Shown: positions 8,538 through 17,348 of the stretch, in pieces
Numbering within the stretch: position 1 is the stretch's first letter
Layout of the letters: each line of letters starts with the position of its first letter
Assembly: GCA_041492755.1 (NCBI GenBank)
Contig: JBGPXN010000068.1
Span: forward strand, 1-21,774
From: Candidatus Methylomirabilia bacterium
Lineage (GTDB): Bacteria > Methylomirabilota > Methylomirabilia > Rokubacteriales > CSP1-6
Reading direction: 5' to 3'
DNA: 21,774 nt
Program-made: the position numbers and the translations under genes
The notes under the pieces: model-generated
Told to the model about the DNA's origin: nothing
Database searches by the model: none
What the model saw: the letters and a program-made list of their open reading frames with translations, nothing else

Positions 8538-8804
8538 CTACTTCGCTTCCGGCTTCTTGAGGCCGAGGAGTACGTGGGCCTCGTTGACGACCTTCATCGA
8601 CTCGGCATGCTTGCCGTCGTCGTGCAGCTTCTGGCCCTGGGCCAGCTTCTCGTTCGCTTCCTTCACCTTCGGATCGTCCGCCTTCATCTTCGCGGACGCT
8701 TCCTTGCCCTGCTTGATCAGCACCGGGCAGCTGCTGGCGAACGCCAACCCGCTGGTAAATGCCAGACCGACGGCCACTGCCGTCACCGCCATCACCTTCT
8801 TCAT
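8538..8804 (-). CDS. Small secreted helical protein (88 aa, unknown function), in frame with uvrC
   Basis: Own ATG at 8804 preceded by purine-rich GGAAGGGGGGA. Sec signal MKKVMAVTAVAVGLAFTSGLAFA, then SSCPVLIK...GQKLHDDGKHAESMK. Unrelated to UvrC. Confidence 0.8.
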   Translation of the reverse strand: MKKVMAVTAVAVGLAFTSGLAFASSCPVLIKQGKEASAKMKADDPKVKEANEKLAQGQKLHDDGKHAESMKVVNEAHVLLGLKKPEAK

Positions 8805-10679
8805 TCTATCGTCCCCCCTTCCCGAGCCATGCGCGCGCTCTCCATCTGAACCGTCTACGCCGCCTGTGGGTTCCCCGGATGCCGGCGCCTGGAAATGAGC
8901 GTAAATCCGCTGCGCCAGGCGGGGCGTCACCTTCGGGACCGCGGAGAGCTCGGCCACGGAGGATTCTCGCACGCGCTTGGCCGATCCCAAAGTCTTCAAG
9001 AGACTGGTGCGAATGGTGGGGCCCACGCCGGGAATCGCGTCCAGCACGGACGACAGCGTGCGCCGCGTGCGCAGCTTCTTGTGGTAGCTGATCGCGAAGC
9101 GGTGCGCCTCGTCGCGGATCTTCTGCAGCGTGTGCAGCGCCGGCGAGGTCGGATCGAGCAGGATCGGCGCCAGCGCATCGCCGCGATACACCTCTTCGCG
9201 CTGCTTGGCGAGCGCGATCACCGGGAGATAGTCGAGGCCCAGCTCCTGGAGTACGGACAGGCCGACGTTGAGCTGGCCGCGGCCGCCGTCGATGAGCACG
9301 AGGTCGGGCAGCGGCGTGCCCTGCTCGAGCGCGCGGCCGAACCGGCGCCGGAGCATCTCACGCAAAGCCGCGACGTCGTCGCTGCCGACCACGTCCCGGA
9401 TGCGGAAGCGCTTGTAGTCGTCCTTCTTCATGTCGCCGTTCTCCCACACCACCATCGAGCCCACCTGCTCGCTGCCCTGGATGTGGGAGATGTCGTAGCC
9501 CTCGATGCGATTGGGCGGACCGGGTAAGCCGAGCCCGCGCGCGATGTCGTCCATCACGAGCTGCTGACGGTTACCGCGCGACAGCAAGTGATGCTGCAAG
9601 GCGATGGCGGCGTTGGACTCGGCCATCGCCACGAACTCCCGCTTGCTGCCGCGCTGCGGGGCATGGAGCTGCACGCGGCGGCCGGCGAGGCCGCTCAGCC
9701 ATTCGGTGAGCAGCTCGGACTCGGTCACGTCTTCCGACACGAGGATTTCCGGCGCCGGCACGACCCGCCGGCTGTAGAACTGGCGGACGAAGGCCGACAG
9801 GATCTCGCCGTCGCTCCAGCCCGCCACCCGGTCGAGGAAGAACGCTTCCTGTCCGACCAGCCGCCCTTTGCGCACGAAGAACAGCTCGACGCACGCATCG
9901 CTGCCCTGGCGCACCACGCCGAGCACGTCCTGGTCCACCTGCTCGGTGGAGATGATCTTCTGCCGCTCGCGGACCTTGTTCAGCGACTGGATCTGGTCGC
10001 GCAAGACGGACGCGCGCTCGAACTTCAATTCGCGGGCGGCCGTCTCCATCTCGCCCGCGAGATTCAACGCGAGGTCTTCGTCCTTGCCCTCCAGGAAGCG
10101 CTCGACGTCGGCCACCGTGCGCGTGTACCCCTCGCGCGTCTCCCAGCCCGTGCACGGCGCGTTGCAGCGGTGGATGTAGTACTGCACGCACGGGCGCTCG
10201 AGCCGGCCGTCGATCTTGATGGCGCAGGTGCGCAACGGGAAGAGCTGACGGGTCAGCCGCAGCGTCTCGCGCATCGCGGTGGCCGGGTAGAACGGGCCGT
10301 AATAGGTGGCGCCGTCGTTCAGCACGCGGCGCGCCACCACCAGCCGGGGGAACTCCTCGTTGGTGGTCAGCTTGAGGAACGGGTAGTGCTTGTCGTCGCG
10401 CAGGATGATGTTGTAGCGGGGCCGGTGCTTGCGGACGAGGTTCGCTTCCAGCATGAGGGCCTCGAGCTCGTTGTCGGTCACGATGTACTCGAGGTCCTTG
10501 ATCTGGCGCACGAGCGCGTCGGTCTTGGCGTCGTGCGGCCGGGACTCCTGGAAATACGAGCGCACCCGTGGCTTGAGGGAGGCCGCCTTGCCGACGTAGA
10601 TCACCTGCCCCTTGCCGTCCTTGTACAGATAGACCCCCGGACGGTCGGGCAGCCCGGCGAGCTTCTCCTCCAGGGTCAT
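8538..10679 (-). CDS. uvrC: Excinuclease ABC subunit C (UvrC homology ends near 8890; the frame stays open to 8538)
   Basis: GIY-YIG PGVYLYKD...IYVGKA, PRYNIILRDDKHYP, Cys cluster, RNase H-like RIEGYDISH and DLVLIDGGRGQL, RDEAHRFA, and HhH LDAIPGVGP. Confidence 0.97.
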   Translation of the reverse strand: MTLEEKLAGLPDRPGVYLYKDGKGQVIYVGKAASLKPRVRSYFQESRPHDAKTDALVRQIKDLEYIVTDNELEALMLEANLVRKHRPRYNIILRDDKHYPFLKLTTNEEFPRLVVARRVLNDGATYYGPFYPATAMRETLRLTRQLFPLRTCAIKIDGRLERPCVQYYIHRCNAPCTGWETREGYTRTVADVERFLEGKDEDLALNLAGEMETAARELKFERASVLRDQIQSLNKVRERQKIISTEQVDQDVLGVVRQGSDACVELFFVRKGRLVGQEAFFLDRVAGWSDGEILSAFVRQFYSRRVVPAPEILVSEDVTESELLTEWLSGLAGRRVQLHAPQRGSKREFVAMAESNAAIALQHHLLSRGNRQQLVMDDIARGLGLPGPPNRIEGYDISHIQGSEQVGSMVVWENGDMKKDDYKRFRIRDVVGSDDVAALREMLRRRFGRALEQGTPLPDLVLIDGGRGQLNVGLSVLQELGLDYLPVIALAKQREEVYRGDALAPILLDPTSPALHTLQKIRDEAHRFAISYHKKLRTRRTLSSVLDAIPGVGPTIRTSLLKTLGSAKRVRESSVAELSAVPKVTPRLAQRIYAHFQAPASGEPTGGVDGSDGERAHGSGRGDDRMKKVMAVTAVAVGLAFTSGLAFASSCPVLIKQGKEASAKMKADDPKVKEANEKLAQGQKLHDDGKHAESMKVVNEAHVLLGLKKPEAK

Positions 10680-10685
10680 ACGGCT

Positions 10686-10691
10686 ATTGTA
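10686..10691 (-). promoter_or_regulatory. -10 box TACAAT 6 nt upstream of the uvrC ATG (leaderless)
   Basis: Minus strand TACAAT agccgt ATG; no SD. Confidence 0.6.
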
Positions 10692-10860
10692 GCGGTCCGC
10701 GGTCTGTGCGGTTTCATCTGGGCGATCGCAAGTTCGTGCCCGCTCAATCGGGTTGTTACGTTCTATCGACCTTCAGCGGTGATGTCGTGTACGTCGGGCT
10801 CCTCGTCCCGCAGCTTTTCGTGCCGCTACTCGGTTGTCTCGGCCCGCCCCGGCGATCAGC

Positions 10861-11310
10861 CTAGCGTTCGGGCACGCCCTCCCGCCCAGGTGAGAGAATC
10901 GCGTAACCCATGGCCCTCGCGGCCTCCGCTTGTGGGGTGTCGTGGGTCATGAGCCGGCGCAGTCCGAGCTCTTCCATCGCCGCCAGGTGGAGGCGGTCCA
11001 GGGTTCGCACGTGCGGCTCTTGCCGCTCACGGTGCTGGCGAAGTGCGGTCTGGAAGATGGTCCCGGGTAACGGATGAACCGTGAACGGGTCCCGCTGGCG
11101 CAAGAAGCGCAACCGCTCGGTCAGCCCGCGATACCGGCTCCGCGTGAAGCGACCACCAAGCCACGCCCCGCGCAGCTGAACTTCGGCTTCCAGCTCGACC
11201 AGCGTCGAAAGCACGACCCGATCTTCCACCGCCACGGCCGCCTGCACGGCGGGGCTCTCGGGCTCCGGCAGGAGGAGCTTCAGCAATGAGCTCGTGTCGA
11301 TGTAGAGCAG
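10861..11310 (-). CDS. vapC: PIN-domain toxin (VapC family); probable CTG start at 11310
   Basis: Extending 8 codons upstream of the ORF-track TTG gives (M)LYIDTSSLLKLLLPEPES, which restores the first PIN Asp. STLVELE, RTLDRLHLAA and LMTHD supply the other acidic residues. Confidence 0.88.
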   Translation of the reverse strand: MLYIDTSSLLKLLLPEPESPAVQAAVAVEDRVVLSTLVELEAEVQLRGAWLGGRFTRSRYRGLTERLRFLRQRDPFTVHPLPGTIFQTALRQHRERQEPHVRTLDRLHLAAMEELGLRRLMTHDTPQAEAARAMGYAILSPGREGVPER

Positions 11311-11314
11311 CGCC

Positions 11315-11578
11315 CTAGCCGATCAGGCTTCGGTCCACCCGGCTCCCGGCGAGGGCTCGATCGACCCACGCCACCGTTCGCTTGCCGAAGAGGCGTATCT
11401 GCCACGCCCGGTGCTCTGCGGGGTCGAACCGTTTACGACGCCGGGTTTCCGGCCCGATCCGAACGAGCTTGGCGACGGGCTTTCCGTCGCGCGTCACGAG
11501 CAACTCGTTCTCCACCTGCAACAGCGCTTCCGCGTGAGGCCAACGCTGCCGCACATCGCGGACGGTGATGGTCTTCAT
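11315..11578 (-). CDS. Phd/YefM-type antitoxin
   Basis: MKTITVRDVR...LLVTRDGKPVAKLV motif; 87 aa; 4 nt upstream of the PIN gene. Confidence 0.85.
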   Translation of the reverse strand: MKTITVRDVRQRWPHAEALLQVENELLVTRDGKPVAKLVRIGPETRRRKRFDPAEHRAWQIRLFGKRTVAWVDRALAGSRVDRSLIG

Positions 11579-11584
11579 CTCGCT

Positions 11585-11601
11585 AGGTTAACATGTTTCA
11601 C
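11585..11601 (-). promoter_or_regulatory. TA promoter: extended -10 TG-t-TAACCT with overlapping palindromes (candidate autoregulatory operator)
   Basis: TAACCT at 11590-11585, 6 nt before the ATG. Palindromes AACATGTT (11590-11597) and GTTAAC (11587-11592). Confidence 0.55.
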
Positions 11602-11642
11602 AGGATGAGCCGGGGGCTGGCCAGGGCTACGGTCCCAGGATT

Positions 11643-13625
11643 TCAAACGGTCTGCAGCTTGCGGAGCGCGCGGACCTTGTCGCGCAGCTCGCCGGCCTGC
11701 TCGAAGTCCAGCCGCTTGGCCGCCTCTTTCATGCGCGCCTCCAGCTCGCCGATGCGCGCCTCGATGGCGGCCGGTGACTCGAAGCGCTCCTCCCCGCCCT
11801 CGGGCACGTCGATCGTGTAGTAGTCGCGCTCGTACACGGTCTGCAGCAGCTCCCGGATCGACGTGCGGATCGATTCCGGCGTGATCCCGTGCTCGGTATT
11901 GTAGGCGGCCTGGAGCGTGCGGCGGCGATCGGTTTCCTCGATGGTGGCTGCCATCGAGCCCGTCACGTGGTCGGCGTACATGATGACCTCGCCGTTCACG
12001 TTGCGGGCGGCGCGCCCCGCCGTCTGGATGAGCGAGGTCGCCGAGCGCAGGTAGCCCTCCTTGTCGGCGTCGAGGATGGCGACCAGCGAGACCTCGGGGA
12101 TGTCCAGGCCCTCGCGGAGCAGGTTGATCCCGATGAGCGCGTCGAACTTGCCGAGCCGGAGGTCGCGGATGACCGCCACCCGATCGAGGGTGTCGATGTC
12201 GGAGTGCAGATAGCGCACCCGCAACCCGGCCTGCTGATAGTACTCGGTGAGGTCTTCGGCCATCCGCTTGGTGAGCGTGGTGACGAGCACGCGCTCTTCG
12301 CGGTCGGCGTGCACGCGGATCTCGTGCAACAGGTCGTCGACCTGCTCGGTGGCCGGCCGCACCGTGATCTTCGGATCCATCAGGCCGGTGGGACGGATCA
12401 CCTGCTCGGCCAGCGCGTCCCCCGCCCGGTCGAGCTCGTACCGACTGGGCGTGGCCGACACGTACACGACCTGGCTGGTGAGCCGGGTGAACTCGTCGAA
12501 CGTCAGCGGCCGGTTGTCGAACGCGGACGGGAGCCGGAAGCCATACTCGACGAGCGATTCCTTGCGCGAGCGGTCGCCGAAGTACATGCCCCGGAGCTGC
12601 GGCACCGCCACGTGGCTCTCGTCGACGATGACGAGCGCGTCCTTGGGCAGGTACTCGATCAGCACCGGCGGCGCCTCCCCCGCCCGCCGGCCCGTCAGGT
12701 GCCGCGAGTAGTTCTCGATGCCGTGGCAGTAGCCCAGCTCGCGCAGCATCTCCATGTCGAACAGCGTCCGCTGCTCCAGGCGCTGCGCCTCCAGCAGCCG
12801 GTTGCGCTGTTTCAAGAACGCCAGGCGCTCCTCCAGCTCCTCCTGGACCGTTCCCAGCGCGCGCTCGAGCTGGGCGGCCGGGGTCACGTAGTGGCTGGCC
12901 GGATAGATCCGCACGTGGTCGAGACGCTCGAGGATCTGGCCGCGCAGCGGATCGATCCGGTGGATCGCCTCCACCACGTCGCCGAACATCTCGATCCGGA
13001 GCGCGTGGGTGTCCTCGTTGGCGGGAAAGATCTCGACGATGTCCCCGCGCACGCGGAACGTCCCCCGGTGGAAGTCGTAGTCGTTGCGGTCGTACTGCAC
13101 CGCGATCAGCCGTCGGATGATCTCGTCGCGGTCGATCTGGTCGGCCTCGCGCAGCCCCAGGTGCATGTCCTGGTACGTCTCGGGGGCGCCGATGCCGTAG
13201 ATGCAGGAGACCGACGCCACCACGATCACGTCCCGTCGCTCCATGAGCGACTTCGTGGCCGAGTGCCGCATGCGGTCGATCTCGTCGTTGATGAGCGCGT
13301 CCTTCTCGATGTAGGTGTCCGACTGCGGAATGTAGGCCTCGGGCTGGTAGTAGTCGTAGTAGGACACGAAGTACTCGACGGCGTTCTGCGGAAAGAACGC
13401 CTTGAACTCGCTGTAGAGCTGGGCGGCCAGCGTCTTGTTGGGCGACAGCACGAGCGTCGGGCGCCCCATGTGCGCGATGACGTTCGCCATCGTGTACGTC
13501 TTCCCCGAGCCGGTCACGCCGCGCAGCACGACGTGCGGTCGGCCGGCCGCGAGATAATCGATCAGCGCGCTGATGGCCTGGGGCTGGTCACCCCGGGGCG
13601 GGAACTCGGACGTGAGTCGAAACAC
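11643..13625 (-). CDS. uvrB: Excinuclease ABC subunit B
   Basis: GVTGSGKT Walker [15 protein letters not shown] beta-hairpin, [39 protein letters not shown]-terminal UVR domain. Confidence 0.99.
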   Translation of the reverse strand: MFRLTSEFPPRGDQPQAISALIDYLAAGRPHVVLRGVTGSGKTYTMANVIAHMGRPTLVLSPNKTLAAQLYSEFKAFFPQNAVEYFVSYYDYYQPEAYIPQSDTYIEKDALINDEIDRMRHSATKSLMERRDVIVVASVSCIYGIGAPETYQDMHLGLREADQIDRDEIIRRLIAVQYDRNDYDFHRGTFRVRGDIVEIFPANEDTHALRIEMFGDVVEAIHRIDPLRGQILERLDHVRIYPASHYVTPAAQLERALGTVQEELEERLAFLKQRNRLLEAQRLEQRTLFDMEMLRELGYCHGIENYSRHLTGRRAGEAPPVLIEYLPKDALVIVDESHVAVPQLRGMYFGDRSRKESLVEYGFRLPSAFDNRPLTFDEFTRLTSQVVYVSATPSRYELDRAGDALAEQVIRPTGLMDPKITVRPATEQVDDLLHEIRVHADREERVLVTTLTKRMAEDLTEYYQQAGLRVRYLHSDIDTLDRVAVIRDLRLGKFDALIGINLLREGLDIPEVSLVAILDADKEGYLRSATSLIQTAGRAARNVNGEVIMYADHVTGSMAATIEETDRRRTLQAAYNTEHGITPESIRTSIRELLQTVYERDYYTIDVPEGGEERFESPAAIEARIGELEARMKEAAKRLDFEQAGELRDKVRALRKLQTV

Positions 13626-13634
13626 GGCAGCCGC

Positions 13635-14168
13635 TCAGGACGGCGCCGGCACTGCGACCAGGTACTTCCTCCAGGAGTCCAGCAACGAGTGGGCGTGGGG
13701 GTGCTTGAGCATGTGGGTGGAGAACACGAACTTGGGATGCACGGGCTCCTTGAGGAGTCGCATCCCGACTTCGTCGAGCAGCCGGTTGCCCTTCTTGAGG
13801 TTGCAGCGAAGGCACGCGGCCACCACGTTGGTCCAGGTCGTCTCCCCGCCCCGCGATCTCGGGAGCACGTGGTCGACGGTGAGCCGCTCACCCCGGCGCG
13901 TGCAGTACTGGCAGGTGTAGCCGTCTCGTCGGAGGATGTTCTTCTTGTTGAAGGCGACACGGTCGAGGAACGGCTTGCGGATGTAGACGGCGAGCCGGAT
14001 GACCGCGGGCAGGGCGAACGACCGTGACGGGGACCGGATGACCCGCGGCGAGCCCTCGACGGCCTCGGCCTTGCCAGCGAGCAGGAGCGTGACGGCACGA
14101 CGCGCATTGGTGAAATGGAGGGGCTCGAACGAGTAGTTCAGCACCAGTACGGCAATCTCGTCCATCAC
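13635..14168 (-). CDS. HNH endonuclease (McrA/HNH_5-like)
   Basis: VLVLNYSFEPL, PAVIRL, RRDGYTCQYC, TVDHVLPRSRGG, WTNVVAACLRCNLKKG. Start is GTG 14168 or ATG 14165. Confidence 0.92.
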   Translation of the reverse strand: MMDEIAVLVLNYSFEPLHFTNARRAVTLLLAGKAEAVEGSPRVIRSPSRSFALPAVIRLAVYIRKPFLDRVAFNKKNILRRDGYTCQYCTRRGERLTVDHVLPRSRGGETTWTNVVAACLRCNLKKGNRLLDEVGMRLLKEPVHPKFVFSTHMLKHPHAHSLLDSWRKYLVAVPAPS

Positions 14169-14176
14169 GCACGTTT

Positions 14177-14206
14177 AGAATAGTCGCGCGGCTCGGAACC
14201 TGTCAA
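14177..14206 (-). promoter_or_regulatory. Sigma70 promoter of the HNH-uvrB unit
   Basis: TTGACA (14206-14201), 18 nt spacer, TATTCT (14182-14177), 8 nt before the GTG. Confidence 0.7.
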
Positions 14207-14228
14207 ATGACGGGCTCGCCCCCGGGGG

Positions 14229-15161
14229 TCACGAGGGGCGCACGAGGTTCTTGAGCAGGAACGCCAGATTCGCCGGCCGCTCGGCCAGGCGCCGCATGAA
14301 GTAGCCGTACCAGTCCTCCCCGAAGGGTACCAGCACGCGCACGGTCAGGCCCTGGCCGGGCAGCCGCTCGTGCAGGTGGGGGCGGATGCCGTAGAGCATC
14401 TGCACCTCGAACCGCTCCCGCGCGATCCGCCGCTCCTGGGTCACCCCGCGCAGCCGCGCCAGGAGCCGCTCGTCGTGGGTCGCGAAGCCCGTGTAGACCC
14501 CGCGCGCGACAGCGTCGGGCGCCAGCAACCGGTCCATGAGGCGCTCGTAGGCGCGGTCGACGTCGCGCCTGTCGGGATAGGCGATCCCGGGCGGCTCCTG
14601 GTAGGCCCCCTTGCAGAGGCGGATGGTCGCGCCCAGGTCGATGAGGCGCTCGACGTCGCGCTCGGTCCGTCGCAGGTACGCCTGCACCACGCAGGCCGCG
14701 TTGGGGAACGTTGGCCGCACCCGCGCGTACAGGTCGAGCGTACGGTCGGTGTAGGCCGACGACTCCATGTCGATCCACACCAGGGTGTCGTTCGAGGCGC
14801 CGCGATCGAGGACCTTGGTGAGGTTGTCCAGGCACGCGGCTTCGCCGAGGTCGAGGCCCAGGTGCGTGAGCTTCAGCGATGGCACCACGGGCAGCCGGCG
14901 GCGCGCGATCTCGTCGAGCAGGTGCAGGTAGACGTCGCGGGCCCGCGCGGCCTCGTCAGGGGTGTGCACGTTCTCGCCGAGATACGTGACGGCGCCGCTC
15001 AGTCCGCGGGCGCACACGCTGGTCAGCACGGCGAACGCATCCTCGGGCGTGGTGCCGGCCACGAACCGGCGCACGAACCGCCGGGTGAGGGCCACGCGGT
15101 CCATCGCCTGCCCGATCCGCGGGCGGGTGGAAAGCGCGAGGAGGAGAGCGCGCAAGCTCAT
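14229..15161 (-). CDS. Monofunctional proline dehydrogenase
   Basis: RRFVAG, YLGENV, SLKLTHLGL, WIDMESS, VQAYLRR, IRLCKGAYQEP, ATHDE, QMLYGIR, YFMRRLAERPAN. ATG 15161 overlaps the ppx stop (ATGA); 310 aa. Confidence 0.95.
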   Translation of the reverse strand: MSLRALLLALSTRPRIGQAMDRVALTRRFVRRFVAGTTPEDAFAVLTSVCARGLSGAVTYLGENVHTPDEAARARDVYLHLLDEIARRRLPVVPSLKLTHLGLDLGEAACLDNLTKVLDRGASNDTLVWIDMESSAYTDRTLDLYARVRPTFPNAACVVQAYLRRTERDVERLIDLGATIRLCKGAYQEPPGIAYPDRRDVDRAYERLMDRLLAPDAVARGVYTGFATHDERLLARLRGVTQERRIARERFEVQMLYGIRPHLHERLPGQGLTVRVLVPFGEDWYGYFMRRLAERPANLAFLLKNLVRPS

Positions 15162-16087
15162 GGGCGGCGATCCGCTGCTTCCGCCATGATACCTTCCCGC
15201 AGTCCCCAGTCGCTGACCACGATCCCGTCCACCCGCAGCACGTCCAGCGTCGCCATCACGATCGCCACGCCGGGCACGATCAAGTCCGCGCGTCCCGGCT
15301 CCAGACACGGCAGCGCCGCGCGCCCGGCGACGTCGAGCACCGCCAGCCGGTCACGCAACCGCTCGATGGCCGCGCGCGAGAGGCGATGATCCTGGACGCG
15401 ATCCCGGTCGTAGGCGACGAGGCCGAGATCGAGCGCGGCCAGCGTGGTGACCGTCCCCGCCGTACCGACCAGCGCCTCGGCGTGCGCCTCGCGGATCGCC
15501 GGCGGCAGCTCGGCCGTCAGGCGCGCACGCACCTCATTCTCGAGTTGCTGGTAGGCCGCGGTGTCGACGGGACCCGGAAAGGGATAGCGCTCGGCGAGTG
15601 GCACGACGCCCAGCCGAAGACTGATGGCCGCGATCACCCGCGCGTCGCGGGCCAGGACGTACTCGGTGCTCCCGCCACCGATGTCGAAGGTCAGCAGCGT
15701 CCTGGGCGTCGTGCGCAGGCCGCGCAGGATGCCCCGCAAGGTGAGCCGCGCCTCGTCGTCGCCGCTCACGATGCGGACGGGATGGCCGGCACGCTGTCCG
15801 AGATCGGCCGCGAACTGCGCGCCGTTGGCCGCCTCGCGCACGGCGCTGGTCGCGACGATGGCGATCTCCCGCGCCCCGGCCCGGTCCGCGCGGCGCACGA
15901 ACTCGAGGACGACGTCGCCGCTGCGCGCCATCGGCGCGTCGCCGAGGCGTCCCGAACGCGCCAGGCCTTCGCCGATCCGGGTCACGCGCTGATCGTGCTC
16001 GACGATGCGCCAGCCGCCGTCGGCAGCGACGTCGACGACGAGGAGATGAATGGTGTTGGAGCCGAGATCGATGCTGGCGAGGCGCAC
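15158..16087 (-). CDS. Ppx/GppA-family phosphatase (short form, no C-terminal HD domain)
   Basis: ASIDLGSNT, ATSAVREAANG, SGDDEARL, DIGGGSTE, GTAGTVTT, RADLIVPG, GLREGI. Confidence 0.95.
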   Translation of the reverse strand: MRLASIDLGSNTIHLLVVDVAADGGWRIVEHDQRVTRIGEGLARSGRLGDAPMARSGDVVLEFVRRADRAGAREIAIVATSAVREAANGAQFAADLGQRAGHPVRIVSGDDEARLTLRGILRGLRTTPRTLLTFDIGGGSTEYVLARDARVIAAISLRLGVVPLAERYPFPGPVDTAAYQQLENEVRARLTAELPPAIREAHAEALVGTAGTVTTLAALDLGLVAYDRDRVQDHRLSRAAIERLRDRLAVLDVAGRAALPCLEPGRADLIVPGVAIVMATLDVLRVDGIVVSDWGLREGIMAEAADRRP

Positions 16088-16171
16088 GGGGGCCTCAGGC
16101 GGGACCTTGGCCCCGCCGGGGTCGCGCGAACGCGAGCACCCGACGGGACACGGCAGGCAACGGAGCGAGAA

Positions 16172-16570
16172 CTACTTCTTCAGCGACTTGACGTAGGCGA
16201 CGAGACTCCAGCGCTCCTTGTCCGGAAGGTGCTTCCACGGCGGCATGGGCCCCCGCCCGTTGGAGATCTTCCAGAAGAGCTCGCCGTCCGACTCGCTCTG
16301 GACCTTGGCCGACGTCCAATCCGCGGGCTTGGGCGTCAGGGCAGGCGCGGCCACGCCATCGCCCTTGCCCGACGCGCCGTGGCACGACACGCAGTTGGTC
16401 GCGGCCGATTTCTTTCCCGCGGCAATTGCGGCCGCGCCCTTCTCCGGATTCGCTTTCCCCTTTTCCGACGCCGGCGCCTTCCACTCCCCCTGCGCCCACA
16501 CGCCGGCCGCGCCGGCCGCCATCAGGCCCATCGCGGCGAATCCGGCGATCAGCGATCTGCGGATGCTCAT
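16172..16570 (-). CDS. Periplasmic monoheme class I cytochrome c
   Basis: AGGAGG SD, ATG 16570, signal peptide ending VWA, CVSCH heme motif, distal Met in GRGPMPPW; 132 aa. Confidence 0.93.
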   Translation of the reverse strand: MSIRRSLIAGFAAMGLMAAGAAGVWAQGEWKAPASEKGKANPEKGAAAIAAGKKSAATNCVSCHGASGKGDGVAAPALTPKPADWTSAKVQSESDGELFWKISNGRGPMPPWKHLPDKERWSLVAYVKSLKK

Positions 16571-16762
16571 GACGCCTCCTCTTCGTACCCACGTTCGTTC
16601 ATGATCCCGAATGGTCCGAAAAACCTGGTCATTAGACACTTGGGAGACGAAACCGGTCAAGGATTTATTCGGCGCGACGCACTCTCCTACGGGGACAACT
16701 CGCGCGGCAGGTGCGATGGTTCCCCAGGGTCTGCCGCGTGCCGATCTCCCCCGCCCGAGCCG

Positions 16763-16967
16763 AGCGCTCGCCACCGCGAACAGCGGCGATGGCGAGCCGT
16801 CGATCGATGATCGTCACCATCGCCCAGCCCCAGAGTACCGCGGTGAGGATAAAGCCGTTGCCGAGAACGAGCAGCGCCTGCCAGGTCGCCGCCGCATCGC
16901 CGGTGAATTTCCCGGGCGACTTTCCGAGTCCGGCGACGAGGCTCCCGACCTGGATCACCACGACGGC
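16763..16967 (-). pseudogene. Internal fragment of a xanthine/uracil/vitamin C (NCS2/AzgA-like) permease
   Basis: ...VIQVGSLVAGLGK...WQALLVLGNGFILTAVLWGWAMVTIIDRRLAIAA, then LFAVASA in a shifted frame. Resembles the NGFILT..LW....IIDRR segment of these permeases (recalled motif). No credible start or full-length frame. Confidence 0.55.
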
Positions 16968-17034
16968 GCGGATCCAGCGCGAGAGCGGCGGGATCGGCCC
17001 GCCGGTGGGCCAGGGACGGTCGAGGGGGACGGGG

Positions 17035-17334
17035 CTACGTTGTCGCGGCGATCGGTGCGTTCTTGATCAAGTCGCGCGCCCGCGCTCGAGTGGCGTCGGC
17101 GAGCGCCTGGCACCAGGCGAGACTGCCGCGATGGTCGGCGACGTCCTTGAAGTCGAACGCCACCTCTGGACTCACCTGTTCCGCGAGCCGGAGCCAGGTG
17201 CCGTAGGACTTGTTCTCGCGCTCCCCCGTGGCGTCGACGAAGGCCTCGACGCGCGGATGCTCGCGCTTGGCGTGCGAGTTGAGGAACATGCGCAGCCACC
17301 GCGTGACTTCGTGATAGTCGCCACCTGAAAACAT
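17035..17334 (-). CDS. Hypothetical protein (99 aa)
   Basis: GC3-rich codons and globular composition (MFSGGDYHEVTRWLRMFLNSHAKREHPRVE...). ATG 17334 lies 7 nt after TG-c-TACAAT. The ORF-track ATG at 17343 overlaps the -10 box. Confidence 0.8.
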   Translation of the reverse strand: MFSGGDYHEVTRWLRMFLNSHAKREHPRVEAFVDATGERENKSYGTWLRLAEQVSPEVAFDFKDVADHRGSLAWCQALADATRARARDLIKNAPIAATT

Positions 17335-17348
17335 GGCCGGCATTGTAG

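Noticed and set aside
10692..10860. LexA/SOS box or small ORF upstream of uvrC
   Set aside because: No match to CTGT-N8-ACAG, GAAC-N4-GTTC or GTTC-N7-GTTC seen, and no credible ORF.
16631..16660. TTGACC-18-TCTAAT promoter for cytochrome c
   Set aside because: Plausible AT-rich region, but the -10 lacks the conserved A at position 2; too weak to list.
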